DNA from: Octopus sinensis
Lineage: Eukaryota
Direction: 5' to 3'
DNA length: 64,000 nucleotides
Assembly (NCBI RefSeq): GCF_006345805.1
Contig: NC_043006.1
Coordinates: 9,610,001-9,674,000 of the forward strand
Below, one piece after another: positions 39,338-53,482 of the stretch. The notes beneath the pieces were generated by a model that was given only the letters and a program-made list of their open reading frames with translations, had not been told where the DNA came from and searched no databases. A program made the position numbers and the translations under genes. Position 1 is the stretch's first letter. Every line of letters begins with the position of its first letter.

Positions 39338-40822
39338 ACAGAATACCTAATGAATTAGCAAGCACGACCAGAGATTAAAATGGAACGAAGAAACACAACT
39401 ATCTCCTTTCTGTATTTGTTTGTTAATCAAAGAACCCTTTTATTTTTCGATGCTTCAAAAGTTGTTTGTTCTGCATGTGTACTCTACTAGATCATGTAGG
39501 ATTTGTGTGAAAAAAGAACAATCATTTATTATCTATAACACATATTACTATATACGAAGCGTTATATGATATCAATATATACCGTCTTTGCATGTGTTTG
39601 TTCGTTTCAGAATTTTCTTCCTCCTAAGTAAATGGAAACATTTAGAACAAATCGATTCTGTATTATCTAGAGAGGCCAAGAACACCACAAATAATACACA
39701 AACTCTTTACATGGGTTTTTCAGAATGGCAATGTGAAATGCCATGAAACTGTTATTGGAAACTAAAGATCATCGTACTACAATAGTTCCCTGTGATTTTC
39801 CTTCTTTAAGATTTATATTTGTTGGTATCAAAATTATGTGCAGCATTTTTGTCTAAATTTAATATTACAATTATCTCATACACTCGATATGAGAAAAAAA
39901 CAGAATTTCGTTAGCCACATTTATTTTTAATCTGCAATAGGAAAAGATGTAACGCTTTTTGTTAGCTTCTCTCTGACCGACTAATAACACTATAACTATA
40001 TTTTTATATTGCTCATGTTTCAAATTGGAGTTAATAGATTATGACTGATATCACTAAAAATATTAGTTAAAGAATACTTTTACTTAATAAGCAAGAAAAT
40101 GCCTTGAAATAAAAATGAAGAACACAGATATGTGAGCTACTTTAACTCAGTTTGAAGAGGTCTAAAAGAGGTCGAAATACAAGCGTATATAAAGAAATAT
40201 TTTGTCGAGTAGCAAAGACATATGATGAACATTCTAGAGTCCGTTTTATTCGCGTCATCATAATGTATACACACTCCATGTATCAGAAAACTGTATTAAA
40301 GCCAACCTCCATATGTATTTATAATTAGTTCACCACACAATTAGAGAATAAATATGTTAAACTGATTATGATTCGCTGCCGTATACTCGATTGTATTTAT
40401 TTTAATGCCAATAAAGAAAGTCGCATGATAGTTCTTCACTGATGCATAGTTTTTAGCTGTATAATGCAGAATTTATGTAGCATGAGTGCAATATATCTGT
40501 GGAAATTCTCATTAACTCTGTTTGGGAAAAGCTGACCTTTATTAGATTTATGCTGTCATTTTGATTTTCGATTATCTTCTAATTGACGACAAATATTTCT
40601 AGTCTTCATCCTGCTCGAAGTCAGCTCTTCACAGAATCTAGGCTAAATCCGGCAAGATGCATGCTAAACGAACAGGAGAATACACCAAGTCTGAAGTTAT
40701 GAAGAGAAACTGAGAAATTCTTATTTCTCATCGCTATAGATAAAGACTCCTTACAAATATATTGGCCTTGGAAAACACATCGCTTTTGCTAAAGCATACA
40801 ATATCTACTGGCTTTAATTTAG

Positions 40823-40883
40823 TGCAAGAATATGTAGAACGTGAAAGCGAAATGTGGAAGTGCATTTCGTCCGGGGTCAGCAG
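40823..40883 (+). CDS. Candidate 61-nt internal exon
   Basis: tttaatttAG ... cag|GTAAAA; reads (V)QEYVERESEMWKCISSGVS; phase compatible with 38829-38883. Confidence 0.3.
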
Positions 40884-41400
40884 GTAAAATTTGATGAATA
40901 ATTCTCAGCGACACCCTCCAAATTTCAAGTACAAGGGGAAATCCTTTTTTCGCAAATCTGGGTCGCGTTTCTGCCCTCTTTTCTACGGATTTTGCTAGGC
41001 AATTCCTTTATTTGCATTATTTTCCACATTAAATAATTTATTATTAAAGGCATTGGTTTAAACACACTTTTTCCCATACAAGTGTGCGTTGATTTGGTTT
41101 CCCTGTCACTCAAAGTTGCATCATCCTCGACATGTTTCAGTGGATTTGCATCAGAGGTATCTATTTCAATCAGTTGATAAATGCTTGCAGGAAAAGGCTA
41201 TCCAGCAAGGATTTGGATGATGATTTCTGTATTGTGTCTAGTAAAATGTCTGGAATATGTATTTGTAAATATGAGAGATGACTGATATGACCTATGGGAC
41301 TATATAGAAATGTGGTAATTTGCATTGGAAAGAAATATTGAGTCGCTATCTACAGATTTTACAGATTGAAGCTTGCTTTCAAACCACATTCCTCTTGCAT

Positions 41401-41493
41401 AGCACCTTCGTCAAGGGCTTTCCACTATAGCCGCGAGCCGACGAGAGCCTTGTGAGGAAACTGAAATGGCATCTCGTATATATACATATATAT

Positions 41494-41549
<56 letters not shown>

Positions 41550-41762
41550 ATATATATATCTGTGTGTGTATCTTTGTACTTGTGTTTTCCCACCACAGCA
41601 TGACAATCGATGTTGGTGTGTTTGCGCCCTTGTAAGTTAGCGGTTCGGAAAAAAAATCGATTGAATAAGTACCAAGGTTTAAAAATAAGTACTGGGATCA
41701 ATTAATTATACTAAAAATTGAAGGCGGTACTCCACCATGTCCATGCTCTAATAACTGGAACG
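41401..41762 (+). mobile_element. Diverged family B SINE, head-less
   Basis: ccactatagccgcgagccgacgagagccttgtgag...(TA)n...ttagcggttcgg...gaaggcggtactccaccatg. Confidence 0.7.
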
Positions 41763-42486
41763 AATCATTGATGAAAGGGAATTGAAAATCAGGTCGATAT
41801 CTATCTACTGTGATCGAAATATGATATATGTATCAGTAACATTTTCCCACGCAGAGGAGCAGAACTCCAATGTTTCTCTTGTTTGAACTGCAGGAAATAT
41901 CAGAAACTGACTAGAATTATTTTATTATTCAGCTCTGTGTAGTGGACTTTTTTATTTTCTCACAAATTATATCAAAGGAGGAAATTATCAGTGAATGCAT
42001 CAATAAGATTCTGTTTCATTTTCGGAATATTTATGATTTGATTTACAGTTTCTTATTCAACTGTAAAATGGAACTTGAGAAAATTGGAGGCAGCTAATCA
42101 TATCTAATCCCTCAAACCAGATTAGACCATTGATACTTCGACTGCGTGACGAGTTCTCATACACCTTACTAAATATCACCAAGCTATAATTTGAAAAGAA
42201 ATAACAGATGCTCTTCCCGCAAATGATGTGAAATGAAATCAGATATTTGCATATAATATTGATTGCTAACGATATTAAGGATATTAATATTAATAAATAC
42301 TTAATAATGTGCTATTATTTCTATTATTCTACGCTTACAATTTATTAAAAAAATCTAAATACTGTTACCAAATTCTGGAAGTTTTAAAAACCCTTCGTAA
42401 CAAATTTAAAAAATAAAATAAAATATGTATTACTTTTACCTTTTTCTTTGTAATTACTTAATTTCCATTTAAAATTTATTATCAAG

Positions 42487-42504
42487 CTTCGTGTCGTGAC
42501 GGAG
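42487..42504 (+). CDS. Candidate 18-nt microexon
   Basis: GC-rich cttcgtgtcgtgacggag between tatcaAG and GTAATG in very AT-rich DNA, with a pyrimidine tract upstream. Confidence 0.25.
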
Positions 42505-43698
42505 GTAATGATTATATACCTTGTATTAACTATGCCTAAAGAAGTCCAACACGTTTATCTGTTACTATTATTTCTTAAGATATATTTCAAAATTTACAAG
42601 TTCAAATTATACATAACGGAATACTGAGAATAGTAATATACGGAAAGCGACACATGTGAATATACTTAGTCATTACTCATCAATGAGCAAGTTATCTATC
42701 AGAATAAAAAAAATTAATTGGAATAATCTTCAGAAGATATTGTATAAATCCTGTCGACAAAATGTTATCAATAGCATTTAGAAAAATATATAACTGTCAT
42801 TGATTGAAATTAATAAGAATCGAAATAAATTTCGTGATATTTAATGATCATGTTAAAAGACAGCCAACAGCGCAGCCAAGCTTTATAAATGATATTAGTT
42901 TTCTTTCTCCTTTGAACATATTGACATAGTGTATTTACCTCAAAAGAAAACTTTTAATGAATTAAATCTTTTATCGCAAAAAAAACCTACAAATGTAATG
43001 GGAAGTCATTTATATCTGTCAAATAAAATTTCTATTATCTGACGGGATGGTGAATGTTGAATAAAACATTATATTATATAAGTTATACTATGGTGAGGAT
43101 TGTAGAACTCCGAAATGTAAATTAAAAAAACGTCGAGAAATACGAGACAGTCGTATAAAGAATATGATAGAATATCGTCCATTCAAAGATATACCATCAC
43201 TGTATATCATGGAGAATGCTGATTGAAAATTTGTGATTCAAGAAAAAAATGATTTTTATATAATAACTCACCTCGGAAATTCTTTGTTGTGTGCTTAACA
43301 GATTGCAGCAAAATCAGATCTGATTTCTTCAAAGTTATAAAGATATGGATAAGGATAAAATATAACCGGTAAATGACATTTCACCGAGAAGCTCAACGGT
43401 TTAGAAATTGTACCAACAAACGTACACAGAAGGAAACTAAAACCTGCAACTACATACACAAGCACACAGCCATGCACTCCTCAAAATATATATGTATTTA
43501 TGTACACAGATACATACGCATATGTGTTTGTGTTTAGGCGTGGGCATGTGTAGGTATGTATACAGGATATCTTACATGTTTCTCACTAGGTAAACAATAT
43601 TGTTGCTCCTATTTGCAAATGAAACACGTGCATTGGTGAATAAGTATTAGCCAAACAATTACAATCTCCACTTCAGACACACACACACACACACACGC

Positions 43699-43738
<40 letters not shown>

Positions 43739-43745
43739 GTATATA

Positions 43746-43790
<45 letters not shown>

Positions 43791-44070
43791 GGTATGTGTG
43801 AATCTATATATAAGCAAATTATGGCAGCATCGAATGAGGTTGGTATTTGGCAGAAAAGAAAGTAAAGTAAAATTTGAACGCAGTAGAGTTGTAAGTACAG
43901 CAAAGATTGGGTATTTAGCCTTATAAATTACCTCTTGACAACAATATTTCGGCTTTATAAGGGTAAATACCCAATCTTTATCTCGTCTTCTTACAGCTCT
44001 ACTACGTTCGAAATTTACTCTCTTGTTTGCAACACACACACGCACGCACACACATATACATACACACGCA

Positions 44071-44135
<65 letters not shown>

Positions 44136-46404
44136 GCATGCATGCATGGATGGATGGATGCATATACATAGTGCATTCCTATATGTTTGAATGTATGTTT
44201 ATAATATAGAATCAGAAATAATTGTTACAACCCACTTATTTATATTGTATGTGTCATTAAAATCTAATCGTAATTAAATTGATTAAAATGATAATCAAAA
44301 CCGACATTATTGCTAATCGTCATGGAGTAGCATTAATTTATTGCCAATTATATTAATTTGTATAATAATGGCCGCTATAATGTCGGTTGCTCAATTGGTT
44401 GATTCTCCAGTAAGTGGCCAGTCGGATGTTCCGATAACGCTTTACGTCGTATACAGAGCAGGAGAGAGTGTGTAAATGAGAGACACACAATGGGATAACA
44501 TGAGAGGTACAGTATGAGAGGACATACAAGGGTTGAGGAGAAAAGAATGTGCAAATGGAAATGTCGTTATGGTAGGAGATATAAAAATGAGTAATACTTT
44601 TATGTAATTTAGTTGAAATTAATGAAAAAAATTTCCTCTTGAAAATTACTCTTAATCCCATTGTTTAAAGTATCATGAAGTTCAATAGACATAAAATATA
44701 GTTTCTGGATGCATGAGGTATTGTATAATATTGCCCAGTGAGGCAAATTTATAATTCTAGCGTATTCGTCATATAATGGGTAATAGTTGTGTATTGTTTA
44801 ATGAATTCTGATATGAATTTTGAACATGAAAGCATTTTTATGAGGCTAGTATTCTTTATACTGGAAATAAACGAAATCACAAATTGAAGGTAGTTACTGG
44901 GGTTTTGTACCACCAAGTTCCAGTTATAATCTATGATGTATTTATATTGTATGTTGATACCGACATGTAATACAAAATGTTCAAATACTTTGCACTATTT
45001 ATTCTGTGAGTATAAGAGAGATCAACTCTGCTGTCAATCGAATCCAATTGCAAATTATAATAACTTAATCTCTTTTAAATCTCTTTTTACAGCCATAGAA
45101 AATTGAAGATGAATAGTTGAAAATCTTTACTGCATTTCCTGCATATAATAAAACAAAAGAAAGAAAACAAGATGGTCACTGTTGAAAACATTTTAATCTT
45201 TCTGCTGCTCAATCACAAACCATCTGAAATAAATATCAGGAAAAGCTGTGTGCAAAGCGGAAGGTGTACAATTAGTTCTGGGTCGTTACAACTGATAGAA
45301 GCAGCAGCCAAATAACATATTCAACAAATCACACACTAAGCATTTTTGTATACAGTTAAGACAAATTGACAATTTGTCTTTCAAAATACAGTATCTGAAA
45401 ATGATATTCAGGAGAGTCAATATTGGATAAAATTTCTGCTTTTTAAATTAAGATGCATTACTACTGTTTACCGATTATTGTATCATCGTATTCACTAGGC
45501 ACAAACACACTATAAGTAGATTTTATTTTCATTTATATATATTATGATTAAATTGACTAACTATATATCTCTCATATAAACTAATTTTAGTTAAATGATC
45601 AAAACATCTTCAAATTTTTCAACCAGGAAGAAAAAATTAAATATCTTCTCTCTAGCTATTTTCTAATTTTAGACGGAAATGCACAAAAATGATTAATTTC
45701 ATATATTGATAGATTTTATCATGTTTTCCTTTTAATCGACTTACGAACATTTTCCTTTTAATCGACTTAAGAACACTAATCTGTCTTGCTTTAAGTAGAT
45801 TTGTCTAGGAATGATTTCAACTCGCTTGTAAAAGATAAAGGAGAAAGTGAAATGCAAAATAAAAATATAAGCATAACAATAAATATAATAACTCAACGGT
45901 GTTTCAGAAAGTGATATCAGATAAAACGTTTCAATACCAATACCAGTACATATTTACAGAAAATATAGGAAGGTAGAAATAACCACGTACTCATTAATCT
46001 TGTTCGCAGATAGAGCTGCAGTCGTGTGTGTGTGTGTGTTTGTTTGTGTGTGTGTGTGTGTGTATGTGTGTGTGTGTGTGTGTGTTGTTTGAGGAAATGC
46101 CCGTGTATATGCGGTAAAGGAATGGGCATACTAACTTCACTATCATAAGATTTTTGGATCGAACGAATAGACTGGCAAAGCGGACACATGTCATTCAGGC
46201 CAATCTAAGTTTCTTGTGTGATAGTAGGCAGACGAGACGGAATCTGTTTAAAAGCCTATCAGATGTATTATAAGAATGATTTAAAGTCCAGTTTTGTCTA
46301 CTTATGGCACCCTATTTCTCAACTGAGAGTAACGTTCAACATGCATATTCAAATACTTATAAGCTAACTCACCAATCACTTATATATCTTGATTACATAA
46401 CCGA

Positions 46405-46478
<74 letters not shown>

Positions 46479-46515
46479 CATTTCGACAGTCATGCCTCTT
46501 CGTCTGCATCTATAC

Positions 46516-46937
46516 TCTTTTACTCTTTTACTGGCTTCAGTCATTTGACTGCGGCCATGCTGGAGCACCGCCTTTAGTCGAGCAAATCGACCCCGGGACT
46601 TATTCGTTGTAAGCCCAGTGCATATTCTATCGGTCTCTTTTGCCGAACCGCTAATTTACGGGGACATAAACACACCAGCATCGGTTGTCAAGCAATGCTA
46701 GGGGGACAAACACAGACACAGAAACACACACACATACACACACACACATATATATATATATACATATATACGACAGGCTTCTTTCAGTTTTCGTCTACTA
46801 AATCCACTCACAAGTGTTTTGGTCGGCCCGGGGCTATAGCAGAAGACACTTGCCCAAGATGCCACGCAGTGGGACTGAACACGGAACAATGTGGTTGGTT
46901 AGCAAGCTACTTACCACACAGCCACTCCTGTGCCTAT
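46516..46937 (-). mobile_element. Family B SINE, full length
   Basis: Reverse-complement match to 36323-36790. Confidence 0.9.
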
Positions 46938-47274
46938 CTATGCCTATGATATTTTCTTTGTCCTCTCTCTCTAGCTCTGCCTTCCTTAGCTGTTTCTTTC
47001 CATTGTAGTTTGACGGATTACATACGCCTTCTGATAACTCATTTCGTTTCTGTCTTTCAGCTCGCCTACTAATGACTTTTATTACTCATTATGTATATTG
47101 TATCTCTTCCACGATGTATTTATTGTAACACAAATTTGAGATTTCTCATTTACATTTACGTTTATCATAATCAACTATATTATTTTCATCAGAAAACGTA
47201 GAATGTATTTGTCGTTTCGCGGGTATGCATTCTGTCTTCTCATGTATTGGCTATTGGATAATTCACCTTTAGAA

Positions 47275-47546
47275 ACATGGGTGGTTCGTTCAACATTCTT
47301 AAACAATCCTTATTCGGGAACCCTTTGAGCGGGATGGGCTAAACGACCTGAAGAAAAATTCTAACTGGGCCCCACCTGCAAGTTCATGCGCTGTTTATCT
47401 TGACATCGGATCACTAACTCGCGCACATATGGTTGTGATGCATGCACCTGGTGTACCCTTATCAAACGGGTAATCATGACGGCTATACTGGGCGTCGTGT
47501 ATTTTACCCCAGTGTCACTTTGCTGGCATACACTGCTCTCTCACTC

Positions 47547-47614
<68 letters not shown>
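47275..47614 (+). mobile_element. Non-coding retroposon-like repeat with (AAT)n tail
   Basis: gagcgggatgggct...ctaactgggccccacctgcaag...cactgctctctcactc(aat)n; recognised as an abundant octopod repeat from memory, single copy here. Confidence 0.55.
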
Positions 47615-47616
<2 letters not shown>

Positions 47617-47619
47617 TGA

Positions 47620-48802
<1,183 letters not shown>

Positions 48803-49078
48803 CAACAACAACAACAATAGATATTTATACATTTAAATATTTTCATATAGACTTACATAAGTTGGTTTTAAATTATTTTGTCAGATATTTTCTAGCGTAG
48901 TACGGTATTGATGGATGAAATCAAATGAAAATTCAAACACTTAAAAATCTATATTTTAATTAAATGTGTCTCTTTTCTTTTATATCATACGAGTAGGATC
49001 TTCATAGATGTTTTTGCAATATATTATACAACATCAAAATGCAAAACAATCACAACAGATAAATATAATATTTTTATG

Positions 49079-49497
49079 TGTATATGTCGAAGTATAGTTT
49101 GAAGGTCTTCAAACAGAGAAAACAATAATTATTTACTTCAATGTAGAGATTTAATATTCTTTCTAAAAAATCCCCGTTTTTTTTTTCTTTTTTCTTTTTT
49201 TTTTTTGAAATACAGAAAACTGGGTTCACTTAAGCAGGGTTTGCTGGAGATGGAAAATGATTGGTGAGGGCGGTAGTAATCCTTCCCTATCTAGAGATGA
49301 CGGGAATATTTTTGCATCATTATTCATCTTCAAACCTCTTGCTCGATGGAGAGATATTAATATAGTTTTATGCAATCGTTTTAATGTATATTGTCATGTA
49401 TTTGTTCAATTATATTATTGGAAAATATCTATCAAGTCCTAAATATTAAGAAATAAAAGAGAAAATGCATTGAGAAAAGCTGATCTGATTAATGTAT
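49079..49497 (+). repeat. ~420-bp direct repeat, copy 1
   Basis: Aligns by eye with 55966-56372 (tatatgtcgaag...gagaaaagctgatctgattaatg). Confidence 0.85.
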
Positions 49498-49726
49498 ATA
49501 TATATTATATATATATTATGTGAAATAGAAAGATGAATAATCTTGTTGTAGATTAATCAAAAGTTAACCGATACCTTAGTAGCAAAAATCACAGCAGTAA
49601 ACAGCACGGTTGGAGGTACAACCATCTGGCGTTGCAACCGTGCGTTGGTGCGGATAATTGAAATTAAAACATTATTGGTGAATTGAAGAAATGGAGCTGA
49701 ACGCAGATTGAACAGAAATCGTTTTA

Positions 49727-49815
49727 TTTCATTCTACACGTGTTTCGAAAGGCACAAATTACCAAAATCCGATTGAATAATGGGACCATATCGTGTCTTT
49801 CTCTTCAGGAAGAAA
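49727..49815 (-). ncRNA. Type I hammerhead ribozyme, canonical core
   Basis: tttcttc-CTGAAGA-gaaagacac(37-nt loop)gtgcctttc-GAAAC-acgt-GTA-gaatgaaa; predicted cut between 49735 and 49734. Confidence 0.75.
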
Positions 49816-50404
49816 AAAGGAAATCCGTTAGAGAAACAAAAACAGAACAGAGGCGGAGCAAAAACCAAATCGAACTATGCTCCTAAGAGCCCATGGCGAA
49901 ACTGTTTATCAGTGTATGTGAGAACCGGTGGCTGAAGAATTACAGGTCAGGCATCGGTCAATCATGTGGGTGAGGGTGTATAGATGTTCTTAGTGACCGA
50001 GAGTAAAGTTCTGACTATTTAAGGAATATTGGATGTTTTATAAGGGGCGAGAAAAAATCTACTTAGAGACGTGTGTGTGTGTATACTGTTCTATATATGT
50101 GTGTGTTGGCGTAGGGGTAGAAAACACTTTTTGTGTACGTGTGTGCGTTTGATCGTTCGGCTGTCAGTGGCTACTGCCGTGATAACCGTTGGGTGGCAGA
50201 AAGAAAAAAAAAATATATATATATAGTTTTATGTGTGTGTGTGTTCATCTGAGCCTGCCTTGTCAAGGAAACCCCCCGCTGTGAAAAAACCAAGCCCCGT
50301 TTGTCTTACAGGAGTAATTCCCCTTGCAGTGGATAATCGTAGATATCTAAAGGCTATTTCAGAATTTGTTACCAAGGGCTAGGGGTGCCGGTTTATTTAT
50401 AACG

Positions 50405-51368
50405 CTATTTAAAAGCCAGATAAGTGTAACGCCGCCAATGGGGGCATCGAAAAGCCGACTGTAAGAGCCCGTTACCATCCGGCCTCTGGCAAACAAAATA
50501 TGGAAGAGTTCGGAGACACAAAGGTTACACTGTCTTCTGCCCCTATCAAATGGGAGGGCCACCGACAAAATTGACCATTCCAGCCTGTAGCTTAAGTTTG
50601 TATCCTTCAGTCGCCATATTAGCTTACTGAGTCCCGTGGTCTGGCGCTGTTCACGTCCCGAAAAGTTGCGTAATGATTGGAGACACGCAAAGACAATCTT
50701 GAGGATGATGCCCCTACATAAGTGAAGACATCTGAGTCCGTGTAAACCTTGCATTGGTAGACGGCGTTTTTGATCTTGGAGTTCGCCGACGTAAATCTTA
50801 ATCTGCTAGGATTAGTTTCTGAAATTAGAACTGCGTTCCTGTCACTATATTCGTTCCGAGACCTGCAGCCGCTTACTACTCTATTTTCCACTACGTCACT
50901 ATTAACTATAGGAATAACCCCTGATTCTCCACTATCTATCAGAGTACTGTCATTGCTAGTGCCCGTGGTGCTGCTATTGCGGGAAATGATGCTGGGGTTG
51001 CTATTGGGGCTCTCTACCCTACTCCCATTGTTACCGTCAACCACAACACCCCTATTTATAACTATACCCCTAGTGGGTACTCCCTGGCTGGAGCTGAGAT
51101 TATGTGTCACTGTACTGGCTCTCATATCATTATTACTACTATAATTATTCCTACTGAGCATTAAACCGGGAGCGGAAGAGGCTGTGCCTCCGGAAAAAGG
51201 TGATAGGGTCTTAGTAAGTAGCCTATTATTATGGGAGGCGATTATCTGGGCGAGGTTTTTTAGTGTTGGAGAAAGCTATCCTAACTTTATGTGAGTTAAC
51301 CGTGGAGTAATATTTGGAATTTCTGGGGAAGTTATTGGCGATGGCTTGTCTAAACAAGAGGGGGAGGT
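50405..51368 (-). pseudogene. PLE post-RT domain, Ser/Asn-rich linker and GIY-YIG endonuclease (about three frameshifts)
   Basis: NNFPRNSKYYSTVNSHKVRIAFSNT / NLAQIIASHNNRLL ... AVYQCKV..TYVGASS..RVSNHYATF / TGLSKLIWRLKD..LEWSIL..CNLCVSEL / FRCPHWRRYTYLAFK*. Confidence 0.85.
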
Positions 51369-51434
51369 TAGAATGAAATAAAACGATTTCTGTTCAATCT
51401 GCGTTCAGCTCCATTTCTTCAATTCACCAATAAT

Positions 51435-51470
<36 letters not shown>

Positions 51471-51511
51471 CTTTGTTTAACTTCTCCATTGATTGCATTC
51501 GTCACAATGCA

Positions 51512-51574
<63 letters not shown>

Positions 51575-51589
51575 ATATATATATCAAAA

Positions 51590-53045
51590 TGATGTGTTAT
51601 AATACCACTCCACATATAGAAAACCATATCAAAAATCCAACATACCTCCATCATCAGATGCATCTAGCATTATGGTTTCGATACCTGGGCAGAGAGGGGA
51701 GCTAGGAAGAAGGAGAGATAATAAAGAAGACGATCCGAACACAGACATGTATTGTAACGAATGACGGGCAGAGCGAAAATGGAGCAAGACCCAGGTGTCA
51801 TTGCCGAACCCAATATCTTGGAGGTTCTCCGCGATCCTGTCAGCCAAGCGGCTTCCCGTTTGACCGATGGACAGAGAAGGGCAGAAAGAGCATGATGTGT
51901 AGTAAATGACGTTGCTAGAAGTACAGGTGAAGGACCAGGGATATGATTGGGCCGATGAAGGGTACCTGTTAGGATGGTAGTGTTAGAGAGGTAGGGGCAT
52001 ATGTGGGAGCGTGGGTGGGCGCAGTGGACCGAGCTAGGTTAGGAAGTAGAGTTAAGGAAGAAATTATGAGTTAGGAGATCACGAAGGTTGTGGGCAACTT
52101 GAAGGAGGGAAGGTGTAGTTTGGGGAAAATGTGCGAATTGAGTGGATCGCACTGGAGCCGCTGGAAGGCTCGGAGAATGATGCGTTAGAGGGGTAGGGTG
52201 GAAGAGTGGTAAGTGATGGGAAATAGGACACGCGCAACAGCGGGGAGGGGGTGCGAGGAGAGAGAGAGCAGAGGCACGGTCCATGGAGCGTGCTCTGGTA
52301 GGGGCGGTGTAGATAGTGGTGAGGGAATATTTATGAAGGATGAAGTGTTGAGCCATGAGTTGAGTCTTAAATTCATGATTGTCACTACAGAGCCTGCGCA
52401 GATGCAGAAATTAAGTATAGGGTATGGAGAGCTTGGTGTGGCTTGGATGATAGGAGGAGAAGTTGAGGTATGAGTGTGGGTTGGTGTGTTTGTAGTGGAT
52501 GGTGGTAAAGAAGGGAGTTGTGTATGTTGATGGAAATGTCGATAAAGTCGACGGAAGTGTTGGATATGGTGCAGGAGAATTCGAGTGCAGGATAGGAGGA
52601 TTGGACAAAAGAGAGGAAAGAGTCTAGTTGTTCGCGGAAGAGCGAGGTCGCACTGATATAGTCATCTATATGACAACCGTATACTTCGAGAGCGGGATCA
52701 GTGAGTCTTGAAAGTATTTGGCCTTCAACGTAGCCAACAAAGAGTTTCGCATGGTTGGGCCCATTATCTTTCCCATGGCAACACCCAAGCCCTGTTGGTA
52801 AAGGTCCCTCGCTAACGAGAAGCAGTTGACTGTGAGAACAAATTGAGCCCGACGTAAAAGTGTGAAGCGTCAGGTTGGTAGTTGGTATCACCGAATATAA
52901 ACTCCTGATATGAAGAGTGAAGAGAAGTTTATAGAGGCCAAGTGGAGGAGAGAATGAGTTGAAAAGACGGAGAGCATGATTAGTGTCGTGTATGTGGGAG
53001 TGGAGGGAAGCCGCTAGGTCGAGGTGTTTGAGATCAGGTTCCATG
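51590..53045 (-). mobile_element. Second Penelope-like element (Neptune-type by motif): decayed RT plus GIY-YIG
   Basis: GPNHAKLFVGYVE, YGCHIDDYI, VDFIDISI, HYKHTNPHSYLNFSSYHPSHTKLSIPY, LHLRRLCSD, ADRIAENLQDI, HFRSARHS. Confidence 0.85.
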
Positions 53046-53077
53046 TATATATATAATATATATATATATATATATTA

Positions 53078-53310
53078 CTTTATTTTAAGCAGCAGAAAAT
53101 TCACAAAATCTGTTACTCTGAGTTTCTCGTTGCCGTTCATCAGACAGTTTTGCTAGCAAAAACTTGTCTGATGACGGCACCGAGGAAACTCAGAGTAACA
53201 GATTTTGTTGAATGTTCTGCTGCTTAAAATAAAGCATATTACTCTACCACTGGTATTTGAGTACTCTTTTTTTCCACCTTGTTTCACATTTATGTGTTTA
53301 CTCCGGTATA
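53078..53310. mobile_element. pLTR-like element forming a 157-bp palindrome (53078-53234) with an HHR motif in each arm
   Basis: Centre ttttgctagcaaaa; - arm ctgt-CTGATGA-acg(gcaa)cga-GAAAC-tcaga-GTA-acag (53110-53147); + arm tgt-CTGATGA-cggcaccgag-GAAAC-tcaga-GTA-aca (53165-53200). Confidence 0.8.
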
Positions 53311-53482
53311 TATATTTATATACATATAAATATACATATGTATATATGTATATATATATATATTCATATAGATATAGATATAGATATTTATTTATACAGG
53401 TGGATTCATATATAGGTAGCTACACACCTACCCATATTATACATACATACATAAACTTTTGCACCCATACATACAAGCAGAT

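Larger units (their letters stand above)
49560..51438 (-). mobile_element. Penelope-like element, 5'-truncated, with pLTR and 70-bp inverted terminal copy
   Basis: GIY-YIG coding remnant, canonical HHR, perfect inverted repeat 49667-49736 / 51369-51438; left boundary approximate. Confidence 0.85.

Noticed and set aside
43268-43477. Minus-strand exon ending at gag|GTGAGT
   Set aside because: All frames from plausible acceptors hit stops before the donor
50359-51161. Endonuclease-only (RT-less) novel element
   Set aside because: Sequence upstream of the ATG (51161-51368) still encodes the PLE post-RT segment, so this is a 5'-truncated PLE
51640-51665. HHR at the 3' end of the second PLE (ctgatgatggagg on - strand)
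   Set aside because: Only the first half of the core is present; no stem II partner or GAAAC follows
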